NCBI GenBank assembly: GCA_001695645.1
Contig: LVZN01000009.1
Span: forward strand, 17,177-49,176
Length of the DNA stretch: 32,000 nucleotides
DNA from: Erysipelotrichaceae bacterium MTC7
Lineage (GTDB): Bacteria; Bacillota_I; Bacilli_A; Erysipelotrichales; Erysipelotrichaceae
Reading direction: 5' to 3'
In this document: positions 19,318-27,618 of the stretch, piece by piece
How positions within the stretch are numbered: the stretch's first letter is position 1
Layout of the letters: the number at the start of each line of letters is the position of its first letter
Made by a program: the position numbers and the translations under genes
Notes under the pieces: generated by a model
Databases searched by the model: none
Seen by the model: only the letters and a program-made list of their open reading frames with translations
What the model was told of the DNA's origin: nothing

Positions 19318-20439
19318 TTACTTAATAGTCTCGATCATTATTGGATTAGAATTACTATTAGTTAATGTATCATTGAGTTGATTTGAAGCAATCTTATCTA
19401 GGAATGATGCGAGATGGTATTGTTTATTAGGGTATAGATGAGAGTAAGTACGAAGTGTCGTTTCGATTTTTTCATGCCCAAGTCTGTCCTGAACAATGTT
19501 TGGTTGAATTCCTTGTTCAATGAGTAGAGAGGCATGAGAATGTCTTAAATCATGAATTCGTATTCGCTTAACATTCGCAATCTTAGCATATTTTTCAAGT
19601 TCTCTTGAAAGCCGACTCTTGTTAGTCATAAAAACTTGTTCTTCCTTATCGATAAAGTAGTATCGGTCAACGTAATCTTTTATCATTTGAGTCAGAAACT
19701 GAGGTATTGTTACTATTCGTTCTGACTTTTTTGTCTTAGGTTTGGTGAAGATATATTCACCATTTTCATATTGAGCAGAGTGTGTTATTTCAATATGTCC
19801 TCGGTCAAAATTAATATTCTTTAGTCGAACTGCAATTAATTCACCAACACGAATTCCTGTATAAAATAGTACATTGAATTGTAATCTTGATGATTCATCG
19901 TCGACAACGGATATAAACTTATCAAATTCTTCTTTTGTCCAGAAGTTCATACTTGAAGGATGTTTAGAACCAATTGCAGTAGTTTTCTTTAATGGATTTC
20001 TTTGAAGTTCATAGAAACGTTCTGCATGATTGAAGATAGCTACAAGTTGATTGTTGATGGATCGTGCATAGGTATCTTTAAAATGAAATCCTAGAATCTT
20101 ATTTTGCCACTTAATAATATCAGGTGTTGATATCTTGGCAAGTTTCTTAGATCCGAGATAAGGTTGAATATACTTATCATAAATCACCCGTTTATTCTTA
20201 ATGGTATTGTAACGGAGTTTATTTGAAATATCACTCAAATAGACTTCATAGAATTCATTTAGTGACATATCAATTTCTACTTCGTTACTTAAATTACTGA
20301 GATATTCAGTTTCCCATTCTTTAGCCTCCCGTTTGGTAGGAAATCCACGTTTAGCTCGTCGCTTCTCTTTACCGTCAATATCAGTATAACGTAGGGTTAC
20401 GACCCATTTACCAGTTTTCTTATCTTTATACGCTGACAT
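19318..20439 (-). CDS. int: Tyrosine site-specific integrase (Tn916/phage-integrase type with N-terminal arm-binding domain)
   Basis: 373 aa. It has the N-terminal arm-type domain KKTGKWVVTLRYTDIDGKEKRRAKRGFPTKREA and the catalytic residues R (GIRVGEL), HDLRHSHAS and GHEKIETTLRTYSHLY. Confidence 0.95.
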   Translation of the reverse strand: MSAYKDKKTGKWVVTLRYTDIDGKEKRRAKRGFPTKREAKEWETEYLSNLSNEVEIDMSLNEFYEVYLSDISNKLRYNTIKNKRVIYDKYIQPYLGSKKLAKISTPDIIKWQNKILGFHFKDTYARSINNQLVAIFNHAERFYELQRNPLKKTTAIGSKHPSSMNFWTKEEFDKFISVVDDESSRLQFNVLFYTGIRVGELIAVRLKNINFDRGHIEITHSAQYENGEYIFTKPKTKKSERIVTIPQFLTQMIKDYVDRYYFIDKEEQVFMTNKSRLSRELEKYAKIANVKRIRIHDLRHSHASLLIEQGIQPNIVQDRLGHEKIETTLRTYSHLYPNKQYHLASFLDKIASNQLNDTLTNSNSNPIMIETIK

Positions 20440-20620
20440 GATGGCTTACCTCCGTATTATGAATGTAATAGTTTTCGTAGAAGAATTTACGGGATGTCTT
20501 TCCTTGGACAGTACGATATCCTTTTTCTTTAAGAGATTGATTTAAATCAGAGATAATGCGATAAGCACTGGACCTACTAATTCCAAAAAGAGTCATAATT
20601 TCATCTACCGTTATTAACAT
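20426..20620 (-). CDS. Excisionase-like small HTH protein (DUF3173-like)
   Basis: MLITVDEIMTLFGISRSSAYRIISDLN... It overlaps the int start by 14 nt. The track start at 20635 is ATGGAGGAATCAATTATG, whose GGAGG is a perfect RBS 8 nt upstream of the second ATG at 20620. I therefore prefer the shorter 64-aa form. Confidence 0.7.
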   Translation of the reverse strand: MLITVDEIMTLFGISRSSAYRIISDLNQSLKEKGYRTVQGKTSRKFFYENYYIHNTEVSHHVSV

Positions 20621-20640
20621 AATTGATTCCTCCATTTCAT

Positions 20641-20668
20641 TAAAAAACCAATTGAACTAATCAATTGG
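20641..20668 (-). terminator. Weak intrinsic terminator/attenuator between the XRE gene and xis-int
   Basis: On the minus strand: CCAATTG-attagtt-CAATTGG followed by TTTTTTA. The 7-bp stem spans the XRE stop codon. Confidence 0.45.
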
Positions 20669-20920
20669 TGGTAGGGTGTGTGATTCAAGTAATTCTGACA
20701 ATGTGATGTCAAATGCACGAGCAATTTTTCCAAGGACATAAATAGTAACATTGCGTTTACCCATTTCTACATCATATAGATACTGTGGGTGTAGTTCTGC
20801 TTGCTTTGCAAGTTCTGCGCGTGGTAGTTCTCTTTCAGAGCGAAGGAGTGCAATCTTTAAACCAAGACTGGTTACAAGTTGCTTTTCTTCACCCATCATT
20901 TCTTTTGTTGCAAATCCCAT
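20657..20920 (-). CDS. XRE-family HTH transcriptional regulator (cI/Cro-like)
   Basis: 87 aa with LGLKIALLRSERELPRAELAKQAELHPQYLYDVEMGKRNVTIYVLGKIARAF, an HTH_3 pattern. AGGAGG (20929-20934) lies 8 nt upstream of the ATG. Confidence 0.9.
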   Translation of the reverse strand: MGFATKEMMGEEKQLVTSLGLKIALLRSERELPRAELAKQAELHPQYLYDVEMGKRNVTIYVLGKIARAFDITLSELLESHTLPPID

Positions 20921-20940
20921 AATGATTACCTCCTAGGACA

Positions 20941-21494
20941 GTTGGTTTTCGCAACACAACACTATCACATGTTTCTCAACATATCTATCAGAATATGACT
21001 TAATAACACAAGCGAGTGATCCAGCTCAAAAAGGACTGAATCACTCTATCTGTTATCAAATCAAAAGATGATTTGTTTAAAAATGTTAAATTGATATTTT
21101 CGTATCTACGAAGTAATCATCTTCGTAGCATTGTTAGGCGTAGTTTGAAATCACTGCTTCACTGGAGTTTCACCGCTCCCAATCAAGGAAGCACCTATTT
21201 AGCCTGCGACGGTCTTATCACGCTCGGACGTCCAAAGGTGGAGTATCATTATCACTATCAAAGTTTTGGCATCATAGTTTTTCAAACTATTTCATCATCT
21301 AAGTTTCATCGCTCTCTAGGTTTCTTAAGGTCACAGCGCACTGATGAAAGTTGCTCGGTTGATAGATAAAGTCACTAACAATGGCTATTCAATTTTCAAA
21401 GAACATTCTCACTAAATTGAAGTGAGAAGAGGAGGATAAAAATCAACCCCTCTATAGTGATAAGGAATCTCCGAGCACTTTGACAACCAAAAAA
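20941..21494. ncRNA. ORF-free, GC-elevated, hairpin-rich region: candidate large structured RNA or long regulatory leader (strand unresolved; flanking genes are on the minus strand)
   Basis: No ORF of 60 aa or more on the minus strand. G+C is 104 of 240 (43%) in 21121-21360, against visibly AT-rich flanks. A long-range helix pairs 21346-21358 with 21471-21481. Local hairpins lie at 21014-21046, 21106-21128 and 21408-21426. See findings for details. Confidence 0.35.
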
Positions 21495-21908
21495 TCAAAA
21501 AACAATCAAATTTCTTAGTTTATTGATGATTTTTTCATGTTTTTTACTAATACTCTGCTTTGTAACACCAATAGCTTGTGCATATTCAGTTTGAGTAAGT
21601 TCTTTAAAGTATAAAGCTATGATTAGGTCTTTTTCATCATCAGTAAGTGAATTAATTGATTGGTAAAGTTCTTCGTATCGTTCCATTTTAAGCACCTCGT
21701 TTCTTGTAGGGTCTAAATCCTCGATTAATTGAATTTCTAATGTGTTACTTTCATACTCACCAAAAAGATGGTCTAAGTATATCCAACTCTTGCGAATTTG
21801 CTTTGTAAGATAACGTTCATGCTCAATACTTTTCCAATATTCTCTATAAACATCTTCGTTAACGTTGACTGCTTGATCATTAATGTAGATTACATATGTA
21901 TCTTTCAT
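21495..21908 (-). CDS. Sigma-70 region-4-like HTH protein (Tn916 ORF7-type conjugative-transposon regulator)
   Basis: 137 aa counted from the ATG at 21908, which has AGGAGGA 8 nt upstream. The C-terminal LTDDEKDLIIALYFKELTQTEYAQAIGVTKQSISKKHEKIINKL is a sigma region 4 / LuxR-like HTH. The track's longer form (to 22019) has no RBS and runs through a terminator hairpin. Confidence 0.75.
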   Translation of the reverse strand: MKDTYVIYINDQAVNVNEDVYREYWKSIEHERYLTKQIRKSWIYLDHLFGEYESNTLEIQLIEDLDPTRNEVLKMERYEELYQSINSLTDDEKDLIIALYFKELTQTEYAQAIGVTKQSISKKHEKIINKLRNLIVF

Positions 21909-21920
21909 ATAGATTTTCCT

Positions 21921-21955
21921 CCTGTTTCTGTAATCTTTGTTTGATTTGAAACAGG
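21921..21955 (-). promoter_or_regulatory. Hairpin overlapping the RBS of the sigma-like gene
   Basis: On the minus strand: CCTGTTTC-N19-GAAACAGG. The 3' arm runs into the AGGAGG Shine-Dalgarno sequence, with a 3-nt overlap. Confidence 0.45.
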
Positions 21956-21980
21956 GTGGTGCTCTAGCACATGGAATACT

Positions 21981-22035
21981 AAAAAACCTCCATTCTAAAT
22001 GAGTTTGACGTGATGCCAAACTTCATTTAGGGAGG
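21981..22035 (-). terminator. Intrinsic terminator in the leader of the sigma-like gene
   Basis: On the minus strand: CCTCCCTAAATGAAGTTTG-gcatcacg-TCAAACTCATTTAGAATGGAGG. This forms about 17 bp with one internal loop and one bulge, followed by TTTTTT. It lies downstream of a candidate promoter (TTGATT, 16 nt, GATAAT) near 22095-22125. Confidence 0.65.
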
Positions 22036-22206
22036 CTCACTAAAAAAGCAAGAAAGCGATTCCATTGGCTATACATTTAGTGTAATTCAATGTTTAAAAA
22101 TTATCATCCCTTAACAAAGGTAATCAAATTAATCAAGTAACATTTAATGTTTTTCAAGGGTAAACTTTATAATGGAAAGGATAATTTTTTAATGAAAAAG
22201 GTGAAT

Positions 22207-22809
22207 ATGGAACAATATGGATATGTCAGAGTATCAACAAAGGATCAAAATGAAGAACGGCAAATTGTAGCACTTAAAGAATTCGGGATAAAGAATGATT
22301 ATATTTACTTGGATAAAGAGAGTGGGAAGGATTTTAATCGAAGACAATATAAAAAACTCCTTCGTAATGCAAAAGAAGGAGATCTGATTGTAGTTAAAAG
22401 TATTGATAGGTTGGGTCGAAATTATAAAGAAATACTTGATCAATGGAGAAAAATCACGAAAGAAAAAGGAGTTAATATTTTTGTTTTGGATATGCCACTT
22501 CTTGATACAAGAGAGACTGAGAAAGATTTAACGGGAACTTTTATTGCAGATTTGGTACTTCAAATATTGTCGTACGTTTCAGAAGTTGAAAGAAACAATA
22601 TAAAACAACGCCAAGCAGAAGGTATAGCGATCGCGAAAGCTAAGGGTGTAAAGTTTGGACGAGAACCCAAGGCAATACCTATTAATTTCGAGCGTGAATA
22701 TGAATTATGGAATAGAAATGAAATCTCTGCGAGAGAAGCTGGGCGCAGGCTATGTGTTAATCATTCGACATTTTTAAAGTGGGCACGGGAAGTTAAAAAT
22801 GATAGTTAG
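22207..22809 (+). CDS. Small serine recombinase (resolvase/invertase family)
   Basis: MEQYGYVRVSTKDQNEERQ carries the catalytic Ser motif. It also has VKSIDRLGRN, EVERNNIKQRQAEGIAIAKAKGVKFGR and a C-terminal HTH. I prefer the ATG at 22207 (AAGGTG upstream) over the track start at 22147. Confidence 0.9.
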   Translation: MEQYGYVRVSTKDQNEERQIVALKEFGIKNDYIYLDKESGKDFNRRQYKKLLRNAKEGDLIVVKSIDRLGRNYKEILDQWRKITKEKGVNIFVLDMPLLDTRETEKDLTGTFIADLVLQILSYVSEVERNNIKQRQAEGIAIAKAKGVKFGREPKAIPINFEREYELWNRNEISAREAGRRLCVNHSTFLKWAREVKNDS

Positions 22810-22975
22810 TGTCTCGTTTTGATTATAAAGGTTCACTTTCAAATCCGTTAATGTTATACTTAATCTAAAGTGGGATTAGCTTGTTTTATTTGAATATAAT
22901 GCAGTAATTTGATTAAAATTCATTGGCTATAAAAGTGAGCTTTCCCACCATTTAGAAATATAGGGAGGTTTTAAA

Positions 22976-25900
22976 GTGAAAAAACTTAGAATAACGACAC
23001 TAATTTTAGTGATAATGTCTTTGTTTTTGTCTGTTTCAAATGTATTTGCTGAAACAAGCAGTAATGCAAATAGCGATGATGAACCAAAAGAAATTGGAGA
23101 ACGAATCGGGAATTCAGATATAAACATATTGGACACTAGTTTAATTGTGTTTACAGATGATTCTGGTGCAATTATTGAGAATCCGACAATTAATGCAAAA
23201 GTAAACATTCGGTTTGATTGGTCATTTGAAAATTCCGAATCAATTCTCATACAAGAAGGAGACTATTTTACATTTCAATTACCAAATGATTTCAAAATTA
23301 ATACTGAAATGTCGGGAAGTCTTGGAGAATACGGGATCTTTATCATTGACACTCAAGGAAATGTAAAATTCACGTTTAACGATGCTGTGAGTCAAAACTC
23401 AAATGTGCATGGTTTTATAGAATTCAGTGCGCGTTTGAATGAAGAAACTATTGGAGATCCTGGTGAGAAAGTGATTGAGTTACCAATCAGTGAGAACAGT
23501 GAATTCAAGTTCAATGTTACACCTACCATTAAAGACACCACAATAGATAAGACAGGGGATTTTGATAAAGAGTTGAATCCTGGATATATCACATGGGAAG
23601 TCAAAATTAATAAAGCATATGAAACGCTTAATGATGTTGTGGTTACGGATGATATACCCGAGGGTTTAATTCTTGAAGAAATAGAGATTGTTCCCTTAAA
23701 TCTAAATCATGATGGCAGTTTTAAATCATATGGTGACAAATTATCCGAGTCAGAGTAGACAACGGATGACTCGGTAGTTCGTTTTAACCGCTCAATCAAT
23801 CAGCCGTATGCTATTCGTTATATTACAAAAATCGATGATGCTGTAAAACCTAACGATGGTGGCGAAGTGGAGTTTAAAAATTTTGCGAAAATGACATCTA
23901 ATGAGAATGAAGAAATAACAACAGATTCAACAATTTTTGCAAAATATGGAAAACTATTAACAAAAACAAAACCATCTTACAACGCTAACGAACAATCTTT
24001 CACGTGGACAGTTGAATATAATTATGGTGAAAAAACAATTGTGAACCCACTTTTAGTGGATGTTTTTGATGAGGATTTAGAGTACGTTGAAGGATCACTT
24101 GTTATCACAGATTCTAAAAATCAAAAAGTTGAATATGATTATACACTTACCAATAGTCCAAAGAATAAACTGGATATTCAATTTAATGAATCTGTTTCTG
24201 AAGCATTAAAAATCAGTTACAAAACAAAAGTAAAAGACGGAAGACTTGTTTTGGAAAATGAAGATTTTGAGAATAGTATTTCAACCGGTGGAACGACTAG
24301 TGGCAATACAGGAACTGCCCAACCACGTATGATTATTAAGTATTCACCAGCTATTGATTATCAAAACAAGAGAATTGATTGGCAGATAGATGTTAATATC
24401 AATCGTTATGAAATACATGATTACGAATTAATTGACACTTACTTATATAGAGGATTAAACCTCTTAGATTCGTCTTTTGAGATTTACGATGTTACTGCGA
24501 ACAAAGTGGTAGAAGCATCTAACTATGATTTAGTTAAAACTACAGAGGCTGGTGTTGAAATAGGATTCACACTTTTATTTAAAGGTGACTATGCTACTAC
24601 ATCCAGTCAATTACAAGTTCGCTTCACAACAGACTATGATGTAAATGATTTAATCGCTGGAAATGGTTCTACATTTAGAAATCATGTGAAATTAGAATGG
24701 ACAGATCAGTACGACAATAAACACACGCATTCAAGCCAAGCAGATAGGGGCGTTAATTCACAGACTGTGAATAACGGTCAAAAGTCTGGTAGCTATAATG
24801 CTGTTTCAAAAGAAATCACGTGGAAAGTTGATGTTAACTATAATTCTGAGAATTTAAGTAATGCAAAGATTGTTGATAAAATACAAGAGGGACAAACCTT
24901 TGTTGAGGATTCCTTGATCATTAGAACCTATACAGTAAATTCAGATGGAACATTGACGATCAGTGATGAATCAGAAGATTTGAGCAAATTTGTTATTGAA
25001 TATCCGAATCAAGAAAATGAATATGAATTGATCATTTCCTTGCCAAATGATAATGAGAAGAAATACTCAGTTGAATTTAGAACATCAGTAGACAGCCAAG
25101 CAGTTAAGACAAACTATCAAAACAGAGCTGTTTTCACTAATGATCAGTATACTCGCAATTTAGATGCTTCAGTGACTGTTACGAATGGTGATAAATTCGT
25201 TACTAAAACCGGAAATCAAGAAGGTTCTCTAATTCATTGGTCAATAGCAATCAATGAATCGCAATCGACAATAAAAGATGCAGAGATACATGATAATCCT
25301 TCAATCAATCAAATTCTGATTGAAGAGTCATTTAAATTGTACCCAGTTATTGTTCAGACTGATGAAACATATGAAGTTGATTACAACAATCCACTTCAAA
25401 TAGATACAGATTACTCTTTAGAAATAAGTACAGACCTACAGGGTAAACAAACATTTGTGCTTAAGTTCGTTGATGTAATTGAAAGAACTTATGTGCTTGA
25501 ATATGATTCGCAAATTAGCACAACTCCAGATGATACAACTATCTCAAATACAGTAACACTTAAAGGAAATGAAATTAGCTATGAGGATGGAAATGGCGAA
25601 ACATCCATTGTCATTGACGTTAATCAAGCAGGTGGTGGTGCTGTTGGAGTTAAAGGAACACTCACAATCCAAAAAACAGATGAAAATGGTAATCCACTTG
25701 AAGGTGTAGAATTTGAATTATACAATCCATTACAAAGAAAAGTTGCAACTCAATTAACAGATGTTGAAGGTAAGATTGTCTTCCAAGGTCTTGTTTATGG
25801 TGACTATACAATCAAAGAGACACAAGCTTTAGAAGGCTATGTGATTAGTGATGAACTCTTTGTCGGTAAAAATTTGATAGTTAATGAAGAAACATCAGAT

Positions 25901-27184
25901 CCAAATCATGTTATTGTCCTAGAGAACAGAATGAATTCACTAATAATTCACAAAACGGATGGGGATGGTCAAGCGCTTAATGGTGCGGTGTTCAAACTTG
26001 AAGTACAAAACGAGGAACTTTACGAATTGGTAAATCAAGATATTACGATTACTGATGGTAGTGTTACTTTAAAAGGTTTGAAAGCTGGAATGTATCGTCT
26101 GAGCGAACTTAAAGCACCACAAGGATATATTCGTAATGTAGAACCTTTAGAATTTAAGATTGAAGCAAACGCTAATGGTCAAGAAATTGATTTGAGCATT
26201 GACTTTGTAAACTATAAAGGAAGTGTAAAACTTTCAAAAACTGATTCTTTAGGAGAGACTCTAACAGGAGTAGTCTTTGATTTATTTGACTCTAATGATG
26301 AAGTAATCTTGGAAGGACTAACTACTGATGAAAACGGAGAAATTCTGATTGAAAATGAACTTGCTCCCGGAAATTACTATTTTAAAGAGAAGGAATCAGT
26401 TAACGGAAATATAGTAAATGAAACTCCAATTAGGTTTGTGATTTCTAATGACACTAGTGGTGTCCCAGAAGTAGTTGAAGTTAAAGCAACTAATTTCAAA
26501 GGATCTGTAGAGTTCAAGAAAACAGATGATCAAAATAATGGTTTATCAGGAGTGGAATTTGAACTTTACTATGAAAATCAAAGTGAACCATACGTAGTCG
26601 TAGTTTCAGATGAAAACGGTGTTGTCCGTGTTGATCAACTTGCGCCTGGTACATATCAATTTAGAGAGAGTAAAGCACAATTCGGATACATATTAAACAC
26701 GGACACTATCAACTTCGTGGTTCCCGAAAAGACTCAGAATGAATTTGTATTGATAGAACTGGATAATTTTATCAACTACAAAGGCGGAGTAAATGTTAGA
26801 AAAGTTGATGAAAAAGGAAATCTACTTAAAGAGGCAACTTTCGAACTTAGAGATGATAAGAGAAATATATTAATCTCAAAAGTAACAGAGAACGGTCAAG
26901 TATCGTTTGATGAACTTAGTCCAGGAAAATATATACTCGTGGAAACTAGTGCACCCGAAGGCTATGTTCTAGAGGAAAAGGAAACACAGTTTGAAATTGC
27001 TGAACAATTTGTAGGGGAATATACTTTCAGTACAATTGATATTGTAAACAAACTTAAACCGAAGTTACCTGGTGAGATGCCACCTACTGGAGTATCGAAT
27101 GATTTATTCTATACCTCTTTGCTGGCTATTGCAGTCGGTTCATTATTGTTAATTATTAGTAGAAAAAAGAAAAAACATATTTAA
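22976..27184 (+). pseudogene. Cell-wall-anchored Cna/SpaA-type adhesin (~1402 codons) interrupted by one in-frame TAG at 23756-23758
   Basis: Track ORFs 22976-23758 and 23867-27184 are in the same frame. Translation across the gap, ...LSESE*TTDDSVVRFNRSINQPYAIRYITKIDDAVKPNDGGEVEFKNF..., contains no other stop and continues the repeat pattern. The protein has a signal peptide MKKLRITTLILVIMSLFLSVSNVFA and five collagen-binding-like modules (the W.V.(I/V)N motif occurs 5 times). It also has five SpaA/Cna-B repeats and a C-terminal MPPTG followed by a hydrophobic segment and RKKKKH. Confidence 0.85.
25655..27049 (+). repeat. Five tandem ~94-aa (~282-nt) SpaA/Cna-B-type repeats within the adhesin
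   Basis: The repeats start with GTLTIQKTDENGNPLEGVEFEL, SLIIHKTDGDGQALNGAVFKL, GSVKLSKTDSLGETLTGVVFDL, GSVEFKKTDDQNNGLSGVEFEL and GGVNVRKVDEKGNLLKEATFEL. Each ends with a ...P.GY... segment. Confidence 0.85.
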
Positions 27185-27189
27185 TGATT

Positions 27190-27222
27190 AAGCTCCAAGC
27201 GATACATACTTGGAGCTTTTAA
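27190..27222 (+). terminator. Adhesin gene terminator
   Basis: Perfect 10-bp stem AAGCTCCAAG/CTTGGAGCTT with a 9-nt loop, followed by TTTTAAAC (counting the arm's terminal Ts). Confidence 0.7.
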
Positions 27223-27360
27223 ACACCATATATGTATTTTAATATCTACATAAGTATGTTTGTTTGCGTTTACAGTTTAAAGTCTTCTGTTAATAAGATA
27301 GGACTGTGTGACATTATCCATAGGACAGCAAAATCATACACCTATCCCTTGGTGGAAGAC

Positions 27361-27618
27361 TTATTTTAAAATTTCATATACATTACTCGATTTTCCACCA
27401 TTATGTCGATAGCGCTGGATTCTGAGTATGTAACCCTGAGACTCAAGTTCATTCAACATGCGACTGACAGTTCTTACAGATAGGTTGCAATTTGAAGCAA
27501 TGGTTCTAATTGAATGGAAGCATTGCTTTTTTCGTGCACCATGTCGATCAAGATAGAGGTAAATGAGAACCGCATTTGGATTCATGTTATCGTTAAATAT
27601 TTCAAGACGGTTACTCAA
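27361..27618 (-). CDS. Small winged-helix/HTH DNA-binding protein of the transfer module
   Basis: 85 aa with SIRTIASNCNLSVRTVSRMLNELESQGYI, an HTH pattern. It overlaps the T4CP stop by 8 nt, suggesting translational coupling. Confidence 0.7.
   Translation of the reverse strand: MSNRLEIFNDNMNPNAVLIYLYLDRHGARKKQCFHSIRTIASNCNLSVRTVSRMLNELESQGYILRIQRYRHNGGKSSNVYEILK

Noticed and set aside
21341-21347. CTGATGA, the hammerhead ribozyme core box, in the noncoding region
   Set aside because: No adjacent stem II hairpin followed by GAAA could be drawn, and no stem I or stem III arrangement either. A 7-mer like this is expected by chance.
21073-21369. 98-aa TTG-initiated plus-strand ORF in the ORF-free region of the mobile element
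   Set aside because: It has a non-ATG start with no RBS and an implausible composition (runs of S/R/H, for example EYHYHYQS). It lies on the strand opposite all neighbouring regulatory genes. It is better explained as a chance ORF in GC-elevated noncoding sequence.
21909-22019. N-terminal 37-codon extension of the sigma-like ORF in the track (MASRQTHLEWRFF...)
   Set aside because: The extension has no RBS and runs through the terminator hairpin and its U-tract. The internal ATG at 21908 has a perfect AGGAGGA 8 nt upstream.
22036-22975. Hin/Gin-type invertible promoter switch controlling the adhesin, driven by the adjacent serine recombinase
   Set aside because: I found only direct repeats flanking the recombinase gene. 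There are no inverted repeats of about 20 bp or more bracketing a promoter-sized segment. The idea is kept only as something for long-read data to test.
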